Source of the DNA: Limisphaerales bacterium
Lineage (GTDB): Bacteria; Verrucomicrobiota; Verrucomicrobiia; Limisphaerales; JAEYXS01
DNA: 64,000 nt
NCBI GenBank assembly: GCA_965283725.1
Contig: CBDIPT010000002.1
Coordinates: 537,354-601,353, forward strand
Direction of reading: 5' to 3'
Made by a program: the position numbers and the translations under genes. The notes under the pieces are model-generated. The model did not search any database. It was not told where the DNA came from and saw only the letters and a program-made list of their open reading frames with translations. Positions 18,023 through 26,235 of the stretch are shown piece by piece (position 1 is the first letter of the stretch; each line of letters opens with the position of its first letter).

Positions 18023-19159
18023 ATGGCGGCGAAAACGATTGAAAAGAATCCCCCGGCGGAAACTAAAGCAACGGAAAAAGCGGTAGAGAAAGCAGACAAG
18101 GCAGCCGATAAAGCCGCCGAAAAAGCGCTCGAAAAGACCGCCGAAGACAGCAAGTTGAAAGCGGCCCGCAATCGCGAGCTGGATGCCGCGATCGCGACGA
18201 TCACCAAGACTTTCGGCGAAGGCAGCATCATGCGTCTCGGCGATGCCCGCGCGCAGACGAAGATTGATGTCATTCCTACGGGCGCTTTGGCGCTCGACCT
18301 CGCCCTCGGCGTCGGCGGTTTGCCGCGCGGTCGTATCATCGAGATCTACGGTCCGGAATCCTCCGGTAAGACGACGCTCATGTTGCACGTCATCGCCAAT
18401 GCCCAAAAGGCCGGCGGTCTCGCGGCGTTCATCGATGCGGAACATGCCTTGGACCCCGCTTACGCCAAGAAGCTCGGCGTGAACTTGGACGACCTCCTCG
18501 TTTCGCAGCCGGACAGCGGTGAAGAAGCGCTGACCATTTGCGAAACCTTGGTCCGTTCCAACGCGCTCGACGTCATCGTCATCGACTCCGTTGCCGCGCT
18601 TGTGCCCAAGTCCGAACTCGAAGGCGAGATGGGCATGGCCACGATGGGTATGCAGGCGCGGTTGATGCAGGCGCTGCGCAAGCTCACGGCCATCCTGAGC
18701 AAAGCCAAGACGACGTGTATCTTCATCAACCAGCTCCGCGAAAAAGTCGGCGTCATGTTCGGCAGCCCCGAGACGACCACAGGCGGTAAGGCACTGAAGT
18801 TCTACGCCTCTGTGCGTATCGATATCCGTCGCAAAGACGCGTTGAAGGATGCCGCTGGCGCGGCCATCGGTAACCACGTGAAGTGCAAGATCGTGAAGAA
18901 CAAGATGTCCCCGCCGTTCACCGAAGCGGAGTTCGATATCATGTTCAACCACGGTATCAACAAGGAAGGCTCCATCCTGCAAGTGGGCACGGACTTGGGC
19001 GTCATCGAGAAGAAGGGCGCGTGGCTCCAATTCAATGGCGAACTTATCGGCCAAGGCAAAGATGCCGCCGCGAAGGCACTCGCTGAGAAGCCTGACCTGC
19101 AGAAGAAGATCGTGGAAGCCATCTTGGTCAAGCACACCGAGAACAAGAAGGTGGCCTAA
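18023..19159 (+). CDS. recA: recombinase RecA
   Basis: GGAG lies 7 nt before the ATG at 18023. [10 protein letters not shown], Walker [11 protein letters not shown], and the L1/L2 region [19 protein letters not shown]. Confidence 0.93.
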   Translation: MAAKTIEKNPPAETKATEKAVEKADKAADKAAEKALEKTAEDSKLKAARNRELDAAIATITKTFGEGSIMRLGDARAQTKIDVIPTGALALDLALGVGGLPRGRIIEIYGPESSGKTTLMLHVIANAQKAGGLAAFIDAEHALDPAYAKKLGVNLDDLLVSQPDSGEEALTICETLVRSNALDVIVIDSVAALVPKSELEGEMGMATMGMQARLMQALRKLTAILSKAKTTCIFINQLREKVGVMFGSPETTTGGKALKFYASVRIDIRRKDALKDAAGAAIGNHVKCKIVKNKMSPPFTEAEFDIMFNHGINKEGSILQVGTDLGVIEKKGAWLQFNGELIGQGKDAAAKALAEKPDLQKKIVEAILVKHTENKKVA

Positions 19160-19172
19160 GCCAACTCTTTCT

Positions 19173-19216
19173 AAAAACAAAAAAGGCCGCGCTGAGTGAT
19201 CAGCGCGGCCTTTTGC
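19173..19216. terminator. bidirectional intrinsic terminator between recA and the convergent gene
   Basis: Stem ggccgcgctg (19185-19194) pairs with cagcgcggcc (19201-19210). It is flanked by an A-run and ttttgc. Confidence 0.8.
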
Positions 19217-19229
19217 TTTCAGAAATAAC

Positions 19230-20000
19230 TTACTTCTTAAACAGGCTCTTGATGCCTTCGGTGGCCTTCTTCGTGGTGTCCTTCGCGGCTCCGCCCACGT
19301 CCTTCACGGCATCCACGCCGATCTTGCCCAGCTTGCTTACGGAATCCGTGACCACCGTGGTGGTCTGGCCGAGGACTTCCTCGAACACGCGCTTGATCAA
19401 GTCACCCGGCGTGATGCCTTCCGGGCCAGTGCCGAGGTTGCTCAGCTTGATTTCCGGCACGGTAACCGTCATCGGCTTGCCACCGAGCATCGACATCGCC
19501 ACAGTTACCTTGGCGTTCTTGATGATAAATTCATCCACTTGCAGTTTGCGTGAAACCCCTTTGCCTTTGACACCATCCGGCGCGGCCTTGTTCTCGGAGC
19601 TGCCGACGAACTCATCAATGTTCTTCAGGATTTGCGTCAGGTTGTTCTCCTTCAAGCCGCCTTCCAACGTGATCTCCGGTGCTTCTACATTGATGGATTT
19701 CACCACGATCTTATCGGACATCAGCGAGCCGAGGCTGACTGACAAGCTGGCCTTGCCGACCTTGATGGCGTGATCTGTGTTGTAGCCCTTCGGATTGCCC
19801 ACGATCAAACCCTTCACCGAACCGCCACCGGAAAGGGGCATGACAGCGACACTGTCCAAATTGATGGTCACCTGGGTGACTTTCGGGCCGACGGTTTCCA
19901 CGCCCTTTTTGATGATGCTATTGATGGAGAGGGCGACCACCACGAGGGCGACCACCAGCAACACCACCAATCCGATAATGATTTTGACCGATTTCTTCAT
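19230..20000 (-). CDS. membrane-anchored protein, AsmA/DUF748-like (weak assignment)
   Basis: N-terminal TM segment KIIIGLVVLLVVALVVVAL followed by beta-rich repeats. Family call is from general resemblance only. Confidence 0.6.
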   Translation of the reverse strand: MKKSVKIIIGLVVLLVVALVVVALSINSIIKKGVETVGPKVTQVTINLDSVAVMPLSGGGSVKGLIVGNPKGYNTDHAIKVGKASLSVSLGSLMSDKIVVKSINVEAPEITLEGGLKENNLTQILKNIDEFVGSSENKAAPDGVKGKGVSRKLQVDEFIIKNAKVTVAMSMLGGKPMTVTVPEIKLSNLGTGPEGITPGDLIKRVFEEVLGQTTTVVTDSVSKLGKIGVDAVKDVGGAAKDTTKKATEGIKSLFKK

Positions 20001-20363
20001 ACTTTAATCCTCTGGCTCAACCTGCTGAAACCAACTTACCCGCCGTTCTGTGGGTGTAAAGCGGGCAGATTTCCCTAGCTGGCCCTAACCTCCGGTCAGA
20101 TTGGCGATTAGGTTCGTTGCATTCTGCAAAATCTGGCTTTCGGCCGGTTAAAATTAGCCAGAGTGGGAATGGTTATCCTAGCTGATGTGTGAGTTATTTT
20201 TCAGATTGTATAAAAGTGTATAACATTCTTATTTGCAGTGATTTGTGATTATTTTTTTGTTAAAGCTTCTACCAAATACTGCCGATGGCCGAGTGGGTGC
20301 AAAAGCGTCTTAACCTTCAGGGGATTGGGGAAGGGGCGCCAACCCTGCACTCACTGATGTTGT

Positions 20364-21518
20364 ATGAGTCATCTTGCTGTGCCTGATTTGCCGGGAACCT
20401 TTGCTTCTTCCGGCAGTATATCGTCGTTTCGCCCACCGGCCGCGGCCATAGATACCAATGGGGTTCAAGGTGGGTTGCAGCACATCGATGTGCTGGCGCA
20501 TTCGATGTCCGAGCAATTGCGGAAAGCCATCCGCGAGATCGATGACATCAACTTGCAAACGCGGATACTCGCCTTCAATGCCCAGATCGAAGCCGCGCGG
20601 GCGGGGACCCAAGGTGCCGCTTTCGGTGTGGTCGCCAGCGAGATGGTTCGTCTCTCGCAAAATACTACTGCCACGGCCACAACCATGGGTGCGGAGACGA
20701 ACCGGAGCATCAGCGAAATGACCCGGCTGATCGGTGAGGTGGGCGCGGCCATGCGTGGCACCCGGCTTTCCGATCTGGCGCTCACAAATATCGAGCTGGT
20801 GGATCGCAATCTCTATGAGCGCTCCTGCGATGTCCGCTGGTGGGCCACAGACAGCAGTGTGGTGGACGCTTTGGAAAAAGAGGACGAAGCCACGCGCCGG
20901 TTCACTTGCAAGCGGCTGGGTGTCATTTTGGATTCCTACACCGTTTATTATGATTTGGTGGTGTGTGATCTGAAAGGCCAGGTGGTTGCCAATGGCCGGC
21001 CAGACCGTTACGGCTCCATCGGCAGCAACCAATCTACCACCACTTGGTTTCAAGCTGCCCTCGGCACGCGTGACGGTACCCAGTTCGGCTTTCAATCCGT
21101 CCACCGGTCTTCGTCCCTCGCCGGTGGTGAGTTCATTTTGGTTTACTCCTGCGCCATCCGGGAAGAAGGCAAAGTGAATGGCCGGCCGATTGGGGTGCTG
21201 GGCATCGTCTTCAATTGGGAAAGCCTCGCCCAGACCATCGTGCGCAATACCCAGATCAGTGCAGCGGAGAAATCGTGCACCCGTGTGTGCATGGTGGATG
21301 ATACCGGGCTGGTCTTGGCCGATACCGCGAATAAATTGGTCACTGAGAAGCTGACGCTGCCGGATCAAAGCAACCTCTTCCGGCAGAAAAAGTCCTTTTG
21401 CACAGTCAGTTACCAAGGGCGCCCGCACATCATCGCTCACGCGTTGTCCCCGGGCTTTGAGACCTACGCTACAGGCTGGCATTCTTTGGTCATCCAGCCG
21501 GTAACTTTGGGCCATTGA
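20364..21518 (+). CDS. soluble protein with a short MCP signalling-hairpin segment followed by a PAS/Cache-like sensor region
   Basis: INLQTRILAFNAQIEAARAGTQGAAFGVVASEMVRLSQNT matches the conserved MCP hairpin tip. No TM segment seen. The start codon is uncertain. Confidence 0.6.
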   Translation: MSHLAVPDLPGTFASSGSISSFRPPAAAIDTNGVQGGLQHIDVLAHSMSEQLRKAIREIDDINLQTRILAFNAQIEAARAGTQGAAFGVVASEMVRLSQNTTATATTMGAETNRSISEMTRLIGEVGAAMRGTRLSDLALTNIELVDRNLYERSCDVRWWATDSSVVDALEKEDEATRRFTCKRLGVILDSYTVYYDLVVCDLKGQVVANGRPDRYGSIGSNQSTTTWFQAALGTRDGTQFGFQSVHRSSSLAGGEFILVYSCAIREEGKVNGRPIGVLGIVFNWESLAQTIVRNTQISAAEKSCTRVCMVDDTGLVLADTANKLVTEKLTLPDQSNLFRQKKSFCTVSYQGRPHIIAHALSPGFETYATGWHSLVIQPVTLGH

Positions 21519-23938
21519 CGCCAGCCGTTAATTCGCTGCCCCTGCTTGTGTTTTGCCACCGTACGCGTATGGTGGCGGAGCATGTTATCCAAGGTTTTTG
21601 CCGCCAGTCGTATCGCGTTCGTTTGCGGCGCGCTGTTGTTAAGCGTTCCGGCCAGGCTCAGACCACTGAGCCGCTGGCGGGAACGAAGGCCTTGACCCTG
21701 CAAGGCGACCTCTCGGAGCAGATGGTCGCCGGCATCAGCAAATACCTGGATCGCGAAGCCGCTGCTTCCATCGAAGGCCGCGCCCGCTTCTGGAAACCGG
21801 ATTTCTCCAACCGCGCCTTCTACAACCAGTCGGTGCAAGCCAATCGCGACAAACTGGCGGAGATCATCGGGGCCGTGGATCAACGGGTGCCCAAGGTGAA
21901 CCTCGAATACGTCGCCACGACTTCTTCCCCGGCCAAGGTCGCTGAGACAGATCGCTTTGTCGTTTATGCGGTCCGGTGGCCGGTGTTCGATGACGTCACG
22001 GGCGAGGGGTTGCTCTTGCTTCCCAAAGGGCGGCTGGCCGCGCGCATCGTCGCGATTCCCGATGCGGATCAAACGCCCGAGATGATTGCCGGGCTGGCAC
22101 CGGGTCTGCCCGTCGAGCTGCAATACGCGCGCCGGCTGGCGGAGAATGGCTGCCAGGTGTTGATCCCCACGCTCATCAGCCGTTCGGACACCTTCTCGGG
22201 CAACCCGCGTTTGAACCGCTTTACCAACCAGCCGCATCGCGAATGGATTTACCGGCAGGCCTACGAACTCGGCCGTCATATCATCGGCTACGAAGTGCAG
22301 AAAGTGCTCGCGGCCGCCGATTGGCTGACCAGTCAGGCGAAGGACCAGAAGTCCGATGTGGAACTCGGCGTGATGGGTTACGGCGAAGGCGGGTTGATCG
22401 CGTTTTACAGCGCGGCCCTTGATACCCGGTTCAACGCCAGCTTCGTCAGCGGCTACTTCGGCAAACGCGAGAAACTCTGGAACGAACCGATTTACCGGAA
22501 TCTCCACGGCTTGCTGCCACAGTTCGGTGATGCCGAGATCGCGACCCTCATCGTTCCCCGTGTGTTCATGGCCGAGCATTCGCCCACGCCAGACGTCAAA
22601 GGCCCGCCCGCGGAACGCCCCGGTCGCGCCGGTGCCGCTCCCGGCAAGATCGAGCCGCTGGAATTCAATGACGTGGACGCCGAGATGAATCGCGCCCGGC
22701 AATTGGTCTCCGAAGCGTTCCGTCCCGCACTCATCTTTTTCTACGGCAACGAAGGCAAGACCATGGGGCCGATCGGCGAGATCGGCGTGCTGGGCATGCT
22801 GCAAGCCCTGCGCATCAACACGGACACCTTGCGTCCGCCGGGCTCGCAGCCGACGGAAGGCCGCCCCAATTTCAACCCGGAAGAACGGCAGGAACGCCAG
22901 GTGCGCGAACTGGAACGCCACACGCAACGTCTGCTGCAACTCGCCGGCAGTGTGCGGGAAGATTTTCTGTGGAACCGCGTGAAGCCGAATTCCACCAACG
23001 AGTGGCAAGCCGCCATGCGTCCGTTTCAAGCCAAGCTCTGGGATGACGTCATCGGCCGCCTGCCCAAAGGCACCAACGACCTGAACCCGCGCTCGCGCAA
23101 GATCTACGACAAACCGAAATGGACCGGCTACGAAGTCGTGCTGGATGTCGCGCCAGATATCTACGCGTGGGGTTATCTGCTTTTGCCCAAAGGCCTGAAG
23201 CCCGGTGAGAAACGGCCCGTCGTGGTTTGCCAGCACGGGCTCGAGGGCGTGCCGGAAGATGTCTTGAACGAGAACTTGGAGAGCAAACCCTACGGCTACT
23301 ACAAGGCCTTCGCCGCCCGCCTGGCCGAGCGCGGCTTCATCGTCTTCGCACCGCATAATCCCTATCGCGGCAAGGACGCCTTCCGCGAGTTGCAACGCAA
23401 AGCGAACCCGCTCGGCAAGTCACTCTTCTCCGTCATCCTCGCCCAGCATGATCGCATCCTGGACTGGCTCAGCACCCAGCCGAACGTGGACCCGCAACGC
23501 ATCGCCTTCTACGGCCTCTCCTACGGTGGCAAGACCGCCATGCGCGTGCCCGCTTTGCTGGACCGTTACTGCCTCTCCATCTGCTCTGGTGACTTCAACG
23601 AATGGATCTGGAAAAACGTCACCACCGATTGGCGCAGCAGCTATATGTTCACTGGCGAATACGAGATGCCCGAATTCAACCTCGGCTCCACCTTCAACTA
23701 CGCCGAGATGGCCGCCCTGATCGCGCCGCGCCCGTTCATGGTCGAACGCGGTCATAACGACGGCGTCGGCTTGGACGAATGGGTGAGCTTCGAATACGCG
23801 AAGGTGAAACGCCTCTACGACAAGCTGAAGATCCCGCAAGCCACCGAGATCGAATACTTCGATGGCCCGCACACCATCAACGGGCAGGGGACATTCAAAT
23901 TCCTGCACCGGCAACTGAACTGGCCGGAACCGAAGTAG
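21515..23938 (+). CDS. tandem alpha/beta-hydrolase (dienelactone hydrolase / S9-like) protein; signal peptide encoded in a different frame (21582-21653)
   Basis: The second domain has YGLSYGGKTA (GxSxG). The first domain has GYGEGG at the equivalent elbow. ATG 21582 encodes MLSKVFAASRIAFVCGALLLSVPA, one base out of frame with QAQTTEPLAG.... Confidence 0.8.
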   Translation: MTPAVNSLPLLVFCHRTRMVAEHVIQGFCRQSYRVRLRRAVVKRSGQAQTTEPLAGTKALTLQGDLSEQMVAGISKYLDREAAASIEGRARFWKPDFSNRAFYNQSVQANRDKLAEIIGAVDQRVPKVNLEYVATTSSPAKVAETDRFVVYAVRWPVFDDVTGEGLLLLPKGRLAARIVAIPDADQTPEMIAGLAPGLPVELQYARRLAENGCQVLIPTLISRSDTFSGNPRLNRFTNQPHREWIYRQAYELGRHIIGYEVQKVLAAADWLTSQAKDQKSDVELGVMGYGEGGLIAFYSAALDTRFNASFVSGYFGKREKLWNEPIYRNLHGLLPQFGDAEIATLIVPRVFMAEHSPTPDVKGPPAERPGRAGAAPGKIEPLEFNDVDAEMNRARQLVSEAFRPALIFFYGNEGKTMGPIGEIGVLGMLQALRINTDTLRPPGSQPTEGRPNFNPEERQERQVRELERHTQRLLQLAGSVREDFLWNRVKPNSTNEWQAAMRPFQAKLWDDVIGRLPKGTNDLNPRSRKIYDKPKWTGYEVVLDVAPDIYAWGYLLLPKGLKPGEKRPVVVCQHGLEGVPEDVLNENLESKPYGYYKAFAARLAERGFIVFAPHNPYRGKDAFRELQRKANPLGKSLFSVILAQHDRILDWLSTQPNVDPQRIAFYGLSYGGKTAMRVPALLDRYCLSICSGDFNEWIWKNVTTDWRSSYMFTGEYEMPEFNLGSTFNYAEMAALIAPRPFMVERGHNDGVGLDEWVSFEYAKVKRLYDKLKIPQATEIEYFDGPHTINGQGTFKFLHRQLNWPEPK

Positions 23939-23942
23939 CAAT

Positions 23943-24043
23943 GTAGCCGTCCCTCATACGGAATCAGGAGGCGGAACTGACTAACCGTGTGGGAAGCTTA
24001 GCTGAAACGTCCCCCTTAGCTGCCGAGGTGACGAGGCTCAAAC
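23943..24043. repeat. two R1-family repeat copies
   Basis: gtagccgtccctcatacggaatcaggaggcggaactgac at 23943-23980, and tagctgccgaggtgacgaggctcaaac at 24016-24043. Confidence 0.7.
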
Positions 24044-24112
24044 CTGCTACCCTCAAGTGTCACCCATCTCCTCGGAACGTGCCGTAGCAATCGGCATCCT
24101 GGAGGGATGAAA

Positions 24113-24322
24113 GAAAGTAGCCGGTTGGTTGAGCGAGGCACGAGCGATACCACCGGTTAGCTGGCAAAAAGAACAGCACTCTGAAGGAGTGCTAGAAATC
24201 AGGATGATAGGAGATGTTCTGGCATCCCTTCAGGATGCGGTTTCTAGAGCACAGTTTTCCGGAGGTATCACCCGTAAAACGGGTTCAACCTCCTGCTACT
24301 TTCTCTCAACCCTCCGGGTTGA
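24113..24322. repeat. ~190-nt multi-hairpin structured element, copy A (possible ncRNA or MITE-like repeat)
   Basis: Closing helix 24113-24121/24295-24303. gatacc/ggtatc 24146-24151/24264-24269. Hairpins at 24175-24193, 24222-24238, 24270-24284 and 24306-24322. Same order as copy B at 32531-32714. Confidence 0.6.
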
Positions 24323-24449
24323 AAACGTATCAGGGTAGTCAGTACCAGTACGCCCGCCGCCACTCCTAATCCTTTTATAATCTTCCCGGCCATCAAACCC
24401 ATTTGACGAACTCCCCGCCCCATGGCTTATTAAGCCCTGTGACCAAGGC

Positions 24450-24526
24450 GCTTAACATCGATACAGTAACCCATATCCCATATGGAACAATGCCGAATCA
24501 TTTCCCCCGCTATTAGCATGTTAGGC
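24450..24526 (+). repeat. attC-like site (gcttaac ... gttaggc)
   Basis: GCTTAAC fits RYYYAAC and GTTAGGC fits GTTRRRY. The site ends 21 nt before the ATG at 24548. Internal pairing is weak. Confidence 0.35.
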
Positions 24527-24547
24527 GTTTTCTCGCGTGCTGTGAGA

Positions 24548-25000
24548 ATGAAGAGTCTGAGTATTGCTGTTGTTGTTTTGCTCGCGACATGGTCGGTGTT
24601 TGCCGCCGAGTCGACAGCTCAGATTCGCCTGGGTGCTCCTGCTCACATCAAAGCCCCGCCTGGTAGCGCGACTGCTGGCAGCACTTGGATTGAGTTTTCA
24701 GTAAGCGTAACGAATATCACGAAGCGATCCATATGGTTTCATGGCTATTCACTTAGTTCCCCCTTCTACAGCCTTTTCACCCGCCAGATTAATTCTGCCA
24801 ATTGGACTGACCGAGGCGTAGGTTTCTGCGGCACTGGTGCTGGCATTTTTGAGCTTCCGGCTGGCGCTGCCACATCTTTCACCGTCGCTGTACCCGAGCG
24901 CTACGTCGGCGAGCAGCTTCGGGTCGAGTTGGCCGTTCTGGCTTCACCGAAGGATTTGAAGGGTATTTCTGTCTCCAGCGAGGCAGCCTCTATCAAATGA
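24548..25000 (+). CDS. secreted hypothetical protein (cassette-like ORF)
   Basis: Internal ATG of ORF 24482-25000. Signal peptide MKSLSIAVVVLLATWSVFAAES. Confidence 0.6.
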   Translation: MKSLSIAVVVLLATWSVFAAESTAQIRLGAPAHIKAPPGSATAGSTWIEFSVSVTNITKRSIWFHGYSLSSPFYSLFTRQINSANWTDRGVGFCGTGAGIFELPAGAATSFTVAVPERYVGEQLRVELAVLASPKDLKGISVSSEAASIK

Positions 25001-25007
25001 CACCGCC

Positions 25008-25109
25008 GCCTAACCACACACCGCCATGTCTTGCCAACGTGTCCGCTGAAGCCTTGAGCGCAGGCGGATGGGTCGGGGTTCCCGCGGCTGCGGGATTGGG
25101 TCGTTAGCT
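25008..25109 (+). repeat. attC-like site (gcctaac ... gttagct)
   Basis: Begins 7 nt after the stop at 24998-25000 and ends 13 nt before the ATG at 25123. gcctaaccac pairs with gggtcgttagc leaving one bulged base. Confidence 0.5.
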
Positions 25110-25122
25110 CGCATCACGTGCC

Positions 25123-25524
25123 ATGAGAAACCGAAAGAGTTCACTACTTTTCTCGTTCATTGCTGCTGGCTTGGTAGTCGTTGGCGTTGGAGTGTGGCTT
25201 TTCTTTGGTGATTCCATTCGTGAGCGATTGAGTCGTCAGCGGTTTGACCCGGTGGCGTGGAAGACGGACGACCGCAGCTACACGAACGCGGTCAGGATTC
25301 GGATGGTGGATGATCTCTTGCAGCGCCACAGTTTTCGAGGCATGACACGTGAGCAGGTTGTTGCCCTAGTTGGAGAGCCAGACAAGACGGAGTATTTCAA
25401 AGAGTGGGACTTGGTTTACTGGCTGGGTCCAGAGCACGGATTCATCAGCATGGATTCGGAATGGCTGGTTTTCCACCTCGACAGCCAGAAGAAAGTCACA
25501 GACTTGAGGATTGTGGGGGATTAA
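25123..25524 (+). CDS. membrane-anchored small protein, BamE/SmpA-OmlA-like (weak)
   Basis: N-terminal TM segment SLLFSFIAAGLVVVGVGVWLFF. GMTREQVVALVGEPD resembles the BamE-like fold signature. Confidence 0.6.
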   Translation: MRNRKSSLLFSFIAAGLVVVGVGVWLFFGDSIRERLSRQRFDPVAWKTDDRSYTNAVRIRMVDDLLQRHSFRGMTREQVVALVGEPDKTEYFKEWDLVYWLGPEHGFISMDSEWLVFHLDSQKKVTDLRIVGD

Positions 25525-25532
25525 ATGATGAC

Positions 25533-25643
25533 ACCTAAACATACACCGCCATGTCTTGCCAACGTATCCGCTGAAGCCTTGGAGAAAGTGGAAGCTCTGA
25601 GCGCAGGCGGATGGGCCCGGCCGCTGTGCTGTTATCGTTAGAC
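25533..25643 (+). repeat. attC-like site (acctaaac ... gttagac)
   Basis: Begins 8 nt after the stop at 25522-25524. GTTAGAC fits GTTRRRY, 18 nt before the ATG at 25662. The internal acaccgccatgtcttgccaacgtatccgctgaagccttg is shared with the 25008 site. Confidence 0.5.
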
Positions 25644-25661
25644 CGATCAAGCACCACCACT

Positions 25662-26186
25662 ATGGACGATAAAGAGAAAATCGAAGCACAGATTACCTCG
25701 GCATTTGCGGTTGTGGAGTATCCTGGTGATTGGTGCTTGCGAGACAGCAACGAGGGAGATGAGCCTTACTTGGTGGAGAAAGAGTTCAGAGGAAAGACCG
25801 ACTGGCGTGTTCTTGACCCGAAGTTTCTCGACCAAGCGCCCGACGGATACGGTTCGGCACTCAGCTTCTTTTCGGACGAGGCATTTCACTTCTACCTTCC
25901 GGCTTACATGATTGCCGACGTTCGCGGACAGTTGGAGCGGGTCGACCCGGTTCACCACCTGACTCACGGTCTTGACGAGGCGTCGAGATGCGAGCGCATC
26001 AACCCACGCCGCTATGGCGAGCGGACGTGGTTCGAACATGCGCGGCACAAGTTTGCCATTTTCAGCCGCGAAGAGACGGCAGCGATTATCGGCTACCTCA
26101 CCCTACGAAAAGATGCTTACGACTTCGAGCACCAGAGGATTGATGAGGCGTTGAAAAACTATTGGCATGAACGGGCGGCCTCCTGA
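25662..26186 (+). CDS. hypothetical protein (cassette-like ORF; resembles immunity-type DUF proteins)
   Basis: Internal ATG of ORF 25611-26186 (MDDKEKIEAQITSAF...). The string ALSFFSDEAFHFYLPAYMIADV recalls DUF6714-type proteins, from memory only. Confidence 0.6.
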   Translation: MDDKEKIEAQITSAFAVVEYPGDWCLRDSNEGDEPYLVEKEFRGKTDWRVLDPKFLDQAPDGYGSALSFFSDEAFHFYLPAYMIADVRGQLERVDPVHHLTHGLDEASRCERINPRRYGERTWFEHARHKFAIFSREETAAIIGYLTLRKDAYDFEHQRIDEALKNYWHERAAS

Positions 26187-26235
26187 GCAACTACCCGCGC
26201 CACTCAACTCTCAACCATCATCTATCAACCAATCC

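Larger units (their letters stand above)
24450..26186 (+). mobile_element. integron-cassette-like array 2 (three small ORFs, each preceded by a GTTAG-type core)
   Basis: attC-like sites at 24450-24526, 25008-25109 and 25533-25643. The last two share ~60 nt of internal sequence. Confidence 0.45.

Noticed and set aside
18005-19180. Minus-strand 391-aa ORF
   Set aside because: Antisense shadow of recA.
20310-23395. Minus-strand ORFs 20310-21515 (401 aa) and 21464-23395 (643 aa)
   Set aside because: These are antisense shadows of the MCP-like and hydrolase genes. Their translations are Arg/Gly/Ala/His-rich with no motifs, whereas the plus-strand frames carry recognisable family motifs.
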